DNA of 51,298 nucleotides, filler included, from Dirinaria sp. TL-2023a (lineage: Eukaryota), in the NCBI GenBank assembly GCA_051941275.1. It is 3 parts of 3 records of this genome, joined end to end, with 100 filler letters (N's around TTAATTAATTAA, not from the genome) between each part and the next. Parts side by side here need not be neighbours in the genome. Positions count along the whole stretch, not along the records: positions 1 to 17,050 come from JAVEBF010000456.1; positions 17,151 to 34,192 come from JAVEBF010000457.1; 1 more part is not named here. The stretch is one strand, 5' to 3'. This document shows, in pieces, positions 13,400 to 24,217 of this stretch. The notes under the pieces are model-generated. The model did not search any database, was not told the DNA's origin, and saw only the letters and a list, made by a program, of their open reading frames with translations. Position numbers and translations under genes: made by a program. Each line of letters begins with the position of its first letter. The stretch's first letter is position 1.

Positions 13400-14060
13400 T
13401 TCTCTCCACAACGAGCACTTGGATTTCGTGATGCTGGCCGGCTTTGGGCACTTCCAGCCCGAAATTCAGCGTTGGTTCCCGCTCGATGTATACGCTGAAG
13501 GTATTGCAAGTCTTTAGTATCGTCGCAGATGTCGGCGCAGGCGACGGTTTCGTAGGCGTTCCGGTAAGCCCTTAGGATCCAGCTATTTTCCTCCGCACCG
13601 CCGAGCCCAGGCCCGAGACCGCATAAACGAAGCCGGACAGTGGTTAGGCGAGCAGCGTCGTCGCGACGAAATCTCCGTGTTCGCGGAACGCCTCGGGTGT
13701 CTCTAAATCTAGCGCCAGCTCTAAGCTTATATGATCTATAAGCCAAGGTTCTTTTTGCTGACTGACTGATGCATGGAGGGGAAGATGATGCAAGTTCTAT
13801 CAAATATTTATTAACGTATCGGCCGGCATGAAGGTGCAAGCGTCTACGGCGTTCGATACACCGAGATTATTAGAGCTGGCCACTTCCATTGCAGAAGCTG
13901 ATGGTGCAGAAGAGCTTGAGCTGGAAGTGAGAGCTGATGAAACCGAAGTAGATGCCGCGGACGAGGAGGCTGCTTACCTAGTGATTGAAGACGACGTGCT
14001 TGAGCCACTTGAAGACGTAGTGGCTGCAGAGCTGATGGTCGAAGTAGTACCGCATTTATC
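13400..14060 (-). pseudogene. Decayed gene for a secreted Ser/Thr-rich, Cys-patterned (PAN/apple-like) fungal protein
   Basis: Joining minus-strand frames gives a Ser/Thr-rich stretch, then TPEAF...DFVATTLLA*PLSGFVYAVSGLGSAV / NAYETVACADICDDTKD / CNTFSVYIEREPTLNFGLE / CPKPASITKSKCSLW. In-frame TAA at 13644-13646 and frameshifts near 13592, 13509 and 13451. Confidence 0.6.
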
Positions 14061-14375
14061 GTGAGCAGGTTCTGACCCGGGAATCAGAACGACCCAATTT
14101 AGCTCTTCGGTTCAGGAAGGAACTTTCAGTTGCACTTTCATATCAAACTGCCTGTGTGCAAACCCCTACATGACTACTATGCATTTCGCCTTCGAGTAGA
14201 GGTGACACTGCTCGATACATTCTGACAGACTGTAGATATTGGAGATCACATTTACACTGTAACCAAGAAGGTCTGTACTACAATGCAACCTGCATTTGGC
14301 GCCTTTAGCGATGGTATACTCTTCGTTGCTGTCATTAAAACGTCTAAGATTCTCTTAGGATGTGTATCCGCGCAT

Positions 14376-16379
14376 TTACGGTTTGACCGATTGAGGATTC
14401 CAAAATACTTCCTCTGAATCATAGACCCGCTTGAGGCTTCTGAGTTTTTCGTACGTAGAAGTAGAGAAGTACACCCGATGCGCTTCCGAGTTGCTTAGAC
14501 TGGGGTCGAGGAAAGGAGCAAAACTCCGGAAATTGATGTCTGGTTGCGCCGTCTTCATCTCGTCGTGTGCTCCTTGTATGAACCTTGTCATATCTCTTGG
14601 GTCTCGGCTTGTCACCCCGTCGTGCTGGATGATCCACATGCTATCTCGAAACGAGACAGAGGAATGCTCTTCCGCCCATGAATTTGTGACTGTACTACCT
14701 TGCCCGCCCATAAGGCGAAACGTTATGACCCACCGGCCGGGCCATTTGTTTCCGTTCTGGATGAGATATCTGAAGTACTGCTCCAAGCCGCTTGACGACT
14801 TCAGTCCACGGCTTCCGGTGAGGAGGCTCTTGGCGAAAAAATTGGCTCCTACTCTGGCATTGCGAGGCTGCTGGACTGAAAGTCTTCCCCCAATCCTCGC
14901 TAGAGCTTCGTTCCACGAAAGCTTGGTGAGCTCCGGCTTTACGTTCGGCATAGCTTTATCAAGCTCGGGCTGGATTGTTTTCTGAAATTCTTTTCGACTG
15001 CCATAATAGTAGCCCGCGATGGTGAACCTTGCCGAGGTCAACCGAACTGTCAAGCCCATGTCGCCAGTTATTGCGCTCGAAGACCGCAGTGTCCGTTGAA
15101 CATCCATGAAATAACTGGCCATCTTTTTGGGCGTTTTCCAGTAATCGCTTAAATCGTATGAAAAGTGAGTTACTTGCTTTGGCGCTTCGTACGTCCTGAG
15201 CCAAATTTTCGTCACAATGCCAAAAGAATCCGCTGCTCCTTTGAGAGCCTAGAACACGCCCATAGTTAGCTATGGAGATCGACCGGTCATTGAAACTTAC
15301 CCAGTTCAGGTCTTCATTCTCCGAATAAGAAGTCTCCCGAATCAATCCATTTGCGGTAACCACTTCCAGGTTGAAAATGGAATCTGTGGATAAGCCCCAT
15401 TTTCGCGAAGCATATCCAAACCCGCCGTGGAGAGAATGACCTGCCAGTCCGACGGCTGGACAATCGCCATGAGGAACGGCCCTGCCCTGTCCCGATAACG
15501 CTAGCGCAAGATTTCCAAGGCGTGTTCCACCCTCTGCCAAAACCATGCCACCGTCGCTGCTTGGATAGTATGTTATCTTGTCCATTTTCCGAAGGTCCAC
15601 GACCATGCTTCCGTCCTTGCCTCCAGTGCTGAAGGAGCCATAGGAATGGCCTCCGCCTTTGGGTTGGACTTTAACCTTTGCTTTTCGTGCACAATCGACA
15701 GCGTCCTTCACGTGATCAGTATTGGTAGGGAGGACGACTACGTCTGGTGTGTAAGAGCGACGTTCATTATATACTCGTGACACAGTAGTCCAGTCTTTGT
15801 CGTCTTCGTATTTACTGGGAACTTTATAATCCTTCAGACATCGTTTCAGGGAGCTGGATACTTTTCGGCGACTTAAAACCGTAACGTTTTTCAGAGTGTG
15901 GCCGTCGTAGGAGAAAGAATGTTTCGAGGACTTCGACTTACTCGTAGTGACGTTGCTTACTGTCACATTGCTAAACTTGAAAGAGCTTTTCGTGACGTTC
16001 GATATTGTCTCGTTGTTCAAATGCAACGCGCTGTTGAAGCTCAGTAAGTAGAGTGCGATGGTTGGTGCGACACGTACTCGGCTTCGATATCTTCCCACCA
16101 ACCCCCCGACACCGACTCTAGCAAGTCCCCATCTTCCATTGTCTTCGCTTTGGCTTCCTGATCTTTCAATAACGCTTGGTCATCCTTAAAGACGGAGTCG
16201 GGATTTGGGGTTAATACGATCCCCCCTTTCTTCGGCATTGTTGAGTTCGAGGTCGAATGACCACCGGAACTGGAATTCCCGTGGGATATGGTACCGCCTG
16301 TTGGGGCCACATCTTTTGGTGATGGCAATGCCGCAGTTAAAGCAAAATAGATGAAATATATTAAAACTACTGTGCACAT
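14376..16379 (-). CDS. Secreted FAD-linked oxidase, berberine-bridge-enzyme / AA7 (gluco-oligosaccharide oxidase-like) fold (introns 16031-16077, 15249-15300)
   Basis: Signal peptide MCTVVLIYFIYFALTAA. KGGGHSYG (His-FAD), HGDCPAVGLAGHSLHGGFG (Cys-FAD), W|ALKGAADSFGIVT and the BBE tail LRSLKRVYDSEEVFWNPQSV. Confidence 0.88.
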
Positions 16380-17050
16380 CGCGCCGCGAATGTACGGAAA
16401 TTGAAACTATGAGATGACAATGGGTAACGATCAACGTCACCCAGGCAGTCCGAAATAGAGTCGAAAAATAAATGCAAACAGACAAGAGGGAAAAGGGTCG
16501 CGGTCAGTCCATGCCGCTCTGGTAGAGAATCAAGATATGTGAATTCTTGCAAGATTTATATAATCCCTGAGCATGCCGAGAATGACGTATGAGCAAGTGC
16601 AGCAAGATGCCGGAGGCGAGAAGTGTCCTGTTACTACCTTATGGCTTTCGCCTTGTCGAATGCGACAGTTCTTCGACGGGCAACATAGTTTTGTCACCGT
16701 TCGTGGCCGAAAGCGATGCTCTAACAGCAGTGCCATCACAACTAGCGAAGGTGAAGCCGTTGGAATGGCTGATCAGGATTCGGTTGTTGTTTACCAAGGC
16801 CTGGTGGATGTAGTTGAGTCTCAGGACAAGACAGGCAACTTTTGCGCTGCTATAGAAAGATTGGGACGTGATGGTGGGAGCGTATAAGCTATTGTTTCAC
16901 TGGCAGAAGGCACGAGCTGCACCGCCACAAAGCTATCATCATAGGATCCATAGCTTCGAGCGTGAGTAAAGTAGGAAGGGAAGCGGAGAAGGCGTGCTAT
17001 GCTTTCAACAGCTCTCATTTGGCAACTTCGCTCTTATTCGATATCAATAC

Positions 17051-17150
17051 NNNNNNNNNNNNNNNNNNNNNNNNNNNNNNNNNNNNNNNNNNNNTTAATT
17101 AATTAANNNNNNNNNNNNNNNNNNNNNNNNNNNNNNNNNNNNNNNNNNNN
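17051..17150. other. Assembly gap: 44 N + TTAATTAATTAA six-frame-stop linker + 44 N
   Basis: Seen directly. The structure is identical to the gap at 34193-34292. Confidence 0.97.
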
Positions 17151-17931
17151 GGGGGATAGAGGAGGAGAAAGGAGAGAGAAAGAATCAAATCAAGCCATTC
17201 TATCATCGCAGCTAGCTACTGGAAGGTACAGTTGATATTCAGGCCCTTCGTCGTTCTTTTTAAGAATCTTAAACTCGAGTCGGATCTTTGAAGAAGGAGG
17301 AGGAGAAGAACAGAAGCTTTCTCTCTCTCTCTCTCTCTCATGATGCATGGAAGGTACAGAAATAATCTACTAAACAATGATTTTCCGAATTTTCATATCG
17401 AAAATGGATATCGAACATGGATATGTAGGAAGGATGAAGTTTCAGAAAGGGGGGGGAACAAAAAGCTAGAGATAGACATGCATATATACATACGGCATAA
17501 GTAGGAAAAATCAGGGAAAAGCGTAAGGTACACAAGATGTGGTTTTTGGAAAAAGGAGGGGAAGGGAACCGTTCTTTTTAGAAAATGAACTTTCTGTCTA
17601 TATATATACAACGAGATGGAGAATTCCATGACTAAACTTAGGCTTCAATGCTTTTTCCCTGACGAAATGCTGGGGTATATATCGGCACATTGAGTGCCCC
17701 TTACTGACTGACGCCTCGCTCGCGCGCTCTGATTTTTTTTCTGCCCAAAGGAAAAAAGAAAGGGCCCTTCCCTGTGAAAATGCATGCATGCATGCTTCGC
17801 TGATCCCATTTTTCATCGCGCGCGGTGGTTTTCATTTCATTGCTTTATTTATTACTTCAGATTTGAAAAGGGAGAAGAAGAAGAAAAAAAAATTTAACCA
17901 CCAACGCCTCTCGACCGCGGATCCACCTATA

Positions 17932-19059
17932 TCATCGCATGTTAGAATGGAACGCGCGGCTATACACCGAACTGGGGCTGGCAGGACGACTCACTTTCCC
18001 CGGACTACCAAGGTAGGGCTCGCCGGCGCGGAAGCCCGCGTTGTGCATCATCTCCGAGAAGGTCGTCTGCCGCTGCTCCGCGGGCGCCACGTTGGCCATG
18101 TTGGGCGGGCTGTAGATCTTGATGCTTTCCATGCTCGGCTCTTTCCGCATCGGCGGCGTCAGGGGAGGGGAGCGCGAGAAGAGGCTTCGCACTTTCGATG
18201 TCCGTCGAGGCGCCGCGTTGGTAGCCGCTCCGTCCATGTTGGGCTGGCCTCGACGCAGGAAGTCGGAGCGGTAGGCGTTGCTTTCTTGGTAGATCGGGTC
18301 GGAGACTGTGGCTGCGGGAGAGGAGAAGACAGAGGAGTTGGATGATTTGACGGAATTGGCTTTCCTGCGCCCAAAGAGGCAGATTGTGGCGATGGTAAGG
18401 AGAGCGCCTAGGATTATCCCCGGGAAGAATCCCACGAGCACGGCAGACGCTGGGAATTGGTTGCAGTGCGCTGCGAATGCGGTACCGTTTTGCTGCTGGA
18501 CAGAAGTAGCCGTGTTTTTAGGGCTGGTGGATGTTGATGTTGTACTTGTGGCGGAGTGGGTGGGTGTAGTTGTTGATGGTTTCGTGGCCGATGACGATTT
18601 TGGCGTCGTGCTTGGAGCCTTCGATGTTACGCTTGAAGTCTGCATGACGCAGAGATTGTTTTGACACGAGTAGCCGTTCGGGCAGCAGTTCGAACCACAT
18701 TTTGCCAACGAGCCGCTCAAATCGACACTGTGCAGCTGGCTCTCAGGAGATAGGGTGGCGTTTTGCTTTGATATGTCGCAGCTGATAGGGTTGAAGGTCT
18801 TGCATTCCTGCCCTGCTGGGCAACACACTATTGATTTATTGTTGTTGAACGGTATGCATGTCTCGTCGGATGGACAGCAGAAATTAGAGGGCAGGCCAGC
18901 CTTGTTGCACGGCGAGTAGCCGCTTGTCGAGCACGTGGCTCTGGAGAACAGGTCGAAGTCATTAGCTGTGTTGAGCGCAGTGGCGATCGAGGTAAATGAC
19001 GGTACGGTGGAGGAGAGGAGGCACATGGCCATGAGGTTTAAGCGGGTGGTTCGTACCAT
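17932..19059 (-). CDS. Type I single-pass cell-surface protein (Mid2/Wsc-like architecture)
   Basis: Signal peptide, Cys-rich ectodomain (CC pairs), S/T-rich stalk, TM helix AVLVGFFPGIILGALLTIATICLF followed by GRRK, and a cytoplasmic tail with SDPIY. The last ~20 codons might be intronic (GTGAGT near 17994). Confidence 0.8.
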   Translation of the reverse strand: MVRTTRLNLMAMCLLSSTVPSFTSIATALNTANDFDLFSRATCSTSGYSPCNKAGLPSNFCCPSDETCIPFNNNKSIVCCPAGQECKTFNPISCDISKQNATLSPESQLHSVDLSGSLAKCGSNCCPNGYSCQNNLCVMQTSSVTSKAPSTTPKSSSATKPSTTTPTHSATSTTSTSTSPKNTATSVQQQNGTAFAAHCNQFPASAVLVGFFPGIILGALLTIATICLFGRRKANSVKSSNSSVFSSPAATVSDPIYQESNAYRSDFLRRGQPNMDGAATNAAPRRTSKVRSLFSRSPPLTPPMRKEPSMESIKIYSPPNMANVAPAEQRQTTFSEMMHNAGFRAGEPYLGSPGKVSRPASPSSVYSRAFHSNMR

Positions 19060-19819
19060 GGTAGCTGTAGAGTATTAGGCAGTATTGATCTCCCAGAGAC
19101 TCGAAAAAATATTTGTCTTAGTGAAAAGGTAACCAGAAAGAGGAAGCAGGGGACGTGTAGGAAATAGAGCAGCTGGAGAGATGCGCGGACAAAGGAACGT
19201 TTTCTGAATGAAGTCGACAAAGGAAACAATGCCCAAAGCCCAGCTTTGTGCACTTCAAACACAAAAAGAAACCGATCGAGAGAACGCTTGACAATGACGA
19301 TGAGACAGGAATAGATCGCGAAGGCCTGATCATGTTTGACCGTAGCAGTAGCCAGCTTCACCTGCGCTGAGGCATGTAAGAAGTTCTGTGCTTGACGCTC
19401 TAGGAATAAACCATCCTGCCTCGAGCATGGAACTGCTTCACTGAGCGATTGGCCGCAAGAGCCCCTTCATGGTAGAAGGCAGTGAGTCAGAGAAACGAGC
19501 GGCTCTCTGAAGTCGGGTGACCATGTTTGGTGCCAGGGCGTCGAGAGCGCGCAGAACAGGACATGGAACGGAGGGAAACGTTGGCGGCAACAATAAACGT
19601 GTGAGAGGATCGAATTCCCTTGCATGAAACCAGGTCTTTGATTGGCTGCCATTTATACAACGCGCCATCACGTTACCAGCACGGAGTCGGGATTCCAAGG
19701 GAACCAGTCAGAAGCATCAGAATCTGTGTGCTGACATAATCCACAGTTCGAGATCCTCGAAAATTCATGTTCTGAAACGATTTCCAGATTCGCGGTGACA
19801 GCTCCATCGCCAATCGTCT

Positions 19820-20921
19820 ATGCTGTCTTCACCTCTGATCCGGCAGCAGTCTGCTCTGCTACGCCGAAGGCAGCTCGGGGTGTGCTCCTACGTAGTTCCG
19901 CTTTCGAACCTCACCTACTGACTCGATATTGATAGAGACCACCGGTTATTTTTGCCCCAAGGACTCAATGCCGAGGTCGACACTTTGTGTCTCCACTTGC
20001 ACACGGCGAAAAGTTCGCGAGAGATGGCGTCGGTCAGATGCTGTCGCCCGAAGGCTTTGACATGGCATGGACTCAGTACCAAGGCTACATGGTCCAAAGG
20101 CTGAATGAATTGACTGCCGGTATCCCATTCCATGAGGACGTGAAAAATCAAACCGATGAATGCTTATGTCTGACAACCGTGCAGGACGTCCAGATGAAGG
20201 GACCAAAGTCAGAGACCTGATCATCAAATATGCGCGCAACGCGGACACGGCCGCGCTCTTCAACTACGCCTCCATGGCCCACAACAACCACTTCATGTTC
20301 AGCACCCTCGTAAGATCCCAACCTCCCTTCCCTCCCCTCATCAGCAGCTGAGCTCACAGCTGACCGTTTCCCCACACACAACAGACACCAACACCCCAAC
20401 CCCTTCCCAAGATCTGCTCGAAGAACTTCCTCACAAATATCGACATCGCCTTCTCCTCATTCGAGTCGTTGCGGGAGACCTTCCTCGCCACCGCGGCCTC
20501 CATGTTCGGACCAGGCTTCACATGGCTCGTGAAGGAGAACCCAAGCCAGAAGATGTCCATACTAAACACCTACCTCGCCGGCTCCCCCTACCCGGGCGCG
20601 CACTGGCGCAAACAGCCCGACGACGCCGCCACCACCGATTTCGGCGTCATCCCCAACAGCAACACCCGCTGGGCGCCGAACATGAGCGCGGGCGCGGTGG
20701 GGAAATTCAGCCGGGGCTCGCCAATGGCGCCCGGCGGCGCCAATCTGGATGTGCTCATGTGCGTCAGCACGTGGGAGCATACCTGGCTCAGGGATTGGGG
20801 GGTTGCGGGCAAGAGGGAGTATCTGGAGGCGTGGTGGGGAAGTATCGACTGGAGGGTCGTGGAGGCGAACGGGGGTGGAGCAGGGAGTGCTGGCGGGGCC
20901 CCGCGGACGCGCGATTATTAG
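19820..20921 (+). CDS. RSM26: Fe/Mn-SOD-fold mitoribosomal small-subunit protein (mS42/Rsm26-mS43/Mrp1 family); introns 19880-19935, 20120-20184, 20310-20384
   Basis: Arg-rich presequence. LSPEGFDMAWTQYQ, LFNYASMAHNNHFMF, AASMFGPGFTWLV and CVSTWEHTWLRDWG. The SOD DxWEH aspartate ligand is replaced by Ser. Confidence 0.75.
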
Positions 20922-21378
20922 GAAACGTGCGGTGGGGGCGATGCTCATGTTGTATAGGTCGCTGTATCATACGTCTTGTGCATAAATGGAGTGTGGGCAT
21001 GGAGAACATAATGGAACAATACTACGGCCCTTGCTTTGGTTAGACTATATATGCTTCCCCACTTCACTTCTTTGCAGACGATCAACGATCGAGGACGAGG
21101 ACACTTGATCAGACGACAATCAGAGGTGACTCGATCGATATTCATGCTCTATCTAATTATTTATTACACGCAAAGCTGTCCGAAAGCAGAATACCTCACC
21201 AAAGCTATGAGTCACGCTCTCTATGTCTATTTTGACGGCATGCTATGGGTACTTTTTGTCGGCCAGCCACTGCAATTCTAGCGAGGAACTCTCCATGCCC
21301 GCTGCAGGCATTGCCCGCCCTTGAGACATTCGTAAAAACACGTAGCCACCATCTAATTACCGTACTCAGAAAATTGGA

Positions 21379-22733
21379 TTAGTAGTTCAAAAGCGCCGTC
21401 GCTCCTGGCTCGCTCGACACATAGCAGACCTCGTGTTGATCGGTAAAGCCATTGAATCTCGTGGCCGAGCATCGAGTATAGGCTCCCATGCCTTCGAAGA
21501 AGAGCCAGTCACCCACGTCAAGCAAACCGCGAAGGGTGCAATTCTCGGTAACGCGGTCAATACCATCGCATGAGGGGCCCCAGATTGAGTATTCGGTGGC
21601 GCAAGCGTTCGCATCACCGCCACGCTTCTGCAAGATACGTGCCGAAGGATGCTGATGGTCGAAGATTATGCTCGAGAAGTTGCCGTAGACGCCATCGTTG
21701 AGATAGAGCATATAGGAAATAATGCGGGTCACCGGGTCTTGGATCTGACGCCGGGCGATGACATTGCAGGCCAGAGTGAATGCGGAGGAGACATAATAGC
21801 GCCCAGGCTCACCGATAATGCGGACGCCAGGCGGGAAATTCTCGTCCAGGGCATTGCTAAGGACTGTGGACATATCCTCAAAGTTATCCCCAGAGAAGCC
21901 ACCACCTACGTCCAGAGTCTTCAGCTCATATCCGACCTCGGCGGCCTGATCGAAAACAAATCGAGAGTCCTGAACGGCTTTTGAGAACGATTGAGGATCA
22001 GAAGCGCCAGAGCCGACATGGAAGCTGACTCCCACCATGTTGAGATCGAGTTCCTTGGCTAGTTCCAGAAGGTCCCTCGTACAGTCAAGCGAAGCTCCGA
22101 ACTTCTGGCTAAGACGGCAAAGGCTAGATGAGTCATCGGTTAAGATGCGGAGGAAGAGCTCGGCACTAGGGTAGATTGCTCTGATTTTATACAGTTCGTC
22201 CGCATTGTCGAAGGTCATCTGCTTCACGTTGTTCTGAGCGGCATATCGTAGATGGGATTTCGTCTTGCAAGGTTGAGCATAGATGATCCGAGAAGGGTCG
22301 ATACCGAGTCTGAGGATTTGCTCGATTTCGGCCTTGGACGCGCAGTCGAAACCAGTGCCAAGCGCTGCAAGTAGACGGAGCACTTCCAGATCTGGGTTGC
22401 ATTTCACGGCTAAGCAATGCTGTAAGCCACACTGTCACCGACTAGGCCCTTCATGCGAGACTCACCATAGTGCGGTCTGACCCTTTTCAAATTCATCTTC
22501 CAGCGGAGATGCTGTCGATACACCTCGCCCATATCGGCCACGAAGAACGCATCTTCCTGGCCAGGTTCGCAGATATCTGTGTTCACTTGCTCTGCACGTT
22601 CTTTAAGAGTGCTTTGCACCAACTCCCTGCCAAGGACAGCACCATCATGAGGGCTGTGAGCAACAATCAATGGCTCTTTATTGATTGAGGTTGCTTCAAA
22701 TGCTATGGTAGTGGCTGTGACCGATGGTGCCAT
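21379..22733 (-). CDS. SPE1: Ornithine decarboxylase (intron 22410-22465)
   Basis: AFFVADMGEV, PHY|AVKCN (PLP lysine), GFDCAS, FHVGSG, LDVGGGF, EPGRYYV, WGPSCDGID and GAYT...FNGF. Confidence 0.97.
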
Positions 22734-22932
22734 GCCCTTGCGAAGAAGCAAGGTGATACTGATCTGGATGTTGTAGTTGATGTGCTGAAGGGAAGTGTCC
22801 TGTTAGGGGGGTTTATATGTGTCAGCCCCTGTTTTGGGTTGACGTGACCTGGGCGACTCTTCCTCGGGAGGAGGAAGAACCTCTAGGGACGTCCTATGCG
22901 GCAGCTGGGTGTTTGCGGATTCGGCGAGGGCG

Positions 22933-23117
22933 TTAAGGAGAATTCCGAAAAGAAAGGCTGCAGGCTCGGAAGTGGCGGTCAGCAGGGGGCGGTAAGTCGT
23001 TAAGGATATCTCGGTGAGGCCGTGTAGCGGGATCTTGAAGAGAGATCTGGGTCAAGGCGGCTGAGGCCGTGATGAAAAATGGTGAATCGAAATCTGGATG
23101 GAGGAAATTGAGGCCGT
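22933..23117 (-). promoter_or_regulatory. Candidate ACG-initiated uORF array in the ODC 5' leader (three uORFs, one per frame)
   Basis: CACGGCCTCA (minus strand) occurs at 23109-23118, 23062-23071 and 23015-23024. The uORFs are 23117-23052, 23070-22933 and 23023-23000. There is no AUG on the minus strand from 23160 to the ODC start. Confidence 0.6.
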
Positions 23118-24217
23118 GGCAGAAGAGGGATTATGCCACTAGGCACCAATTCACGGTGCTCTGAGGAACTGGATAGGCTCGGAGATAAAATCTAGGAAGC
23201 AAGCCATGTAAGCAAGTGATAGGAGATAAGGAGAGCATCCGAGCAATGTTCACTTACTTCTCGATACCAGAAAAAATTCACAAGGCAAAGTGATGAGGTC
23301 GGAGGATGCCAGATTAGGTATGTTGCTGTATTATGGAGTTGGGCGATTCTGAAAAGAGCTGGATGTGGATTAAACTTTGTGTGCGAAGCTAGTGTTTAGG
23401 AAAACGCGCGCGAATGACTCAAAGATCTCGGAAGTGACAATCTACCCCACATATGCCAGAACGGTGCTTCTAATCTCCTTACAAGGCCCTCGAATCCTCC
23501 ATACACGTCATGTACCAATGCACGAATTTGGATTCAAAGCATTTGCATCCACACAAAGCAGCAGAGACAGACAGAGAGAGTCGGATATCAGCGAGTCTTG
23601 AATCAAATGATTCTCAAGCTGACATGTATCATCGGCGAATTTAGTAACTCATCTCATCATCAGATGCAGAATCTACCTGATCCCGTCATCCAATGCAACC
23701 GAATGCCTGGGTCATCGCGGAATGCCTCACATAATACCGTGCCTAAGGTATGGAGATCTGCAAGCACGTCAAGTACATACATAGAGGTATTACCCATTGT
23801 GTGGCACGAATTCACAGGATCGACCGCGTTTATAATCCTCGCTTAGCATACTTCGAACTTCTGATGCGGTGTAACCCGAGGCAGCCTCGGTTTTGTCCGG
23901 GTTCTCGGTCCCACGTGGAAAAATGACACACTCTACCGGTCTACCCTACCTTACCTCGCCTACCTCTACCTTCGCCCACTGATCTTACATACACCTTACC
24001 TTACCGTACTAACCATGTCCCTCGGTCCCTTAGTCACTTTCACCATGTGGCTTCCATGTTTAATTTTGAGGCTGACATGATATCCTGCATATTGCTTCTA
24101 TTACTGGCAATTGGACAAGCAATGACATTCTCTAGTGCACACGATCAGCTATCCAAGCCAGGCAGATGGCGCTATTGTCACGGCTTCGGACATGCCCATC
24201 TTCTCGACTCAGAAGTG

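Noticed and set aside
13828..14064. Acidic 78-aa ORF on the plus strand
   Set aside because: It is the antisense shadow of the Ser/Thr-rich tract of the minus-strand pseudogene.
16530..17040. Short ORFs upstream of the AA7 gene
   Set aside because: No recognisable motif, coherent splice pattern or terminal repeats, and the region is truncated by the gap. I cannot support a gene or transposon call.
17095..17106. Palindromic TTAATTAATTAA, repeated at 34237-34248
   Set aside because: It is centred in identical N blocks, so it is an artificial six-frame-stop scaffold linker. Adjacency across these gaps is also not guaranteed.
19820..20921. Superoxide dismutase call
   Set aside because: Metal ligands are incomplete (STWEH instead of DxWEH). 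It fits the SOD-fold mitoribosomal protein family better.
23015..23118. CRISPR-like regularly spaced repeat
   Set aside because: The context is eukaryotic, the repeats are only 10 nt, and the 'spacers' resemble each other. It is a degenerate tandem duplication, reported above as a uORF finding.
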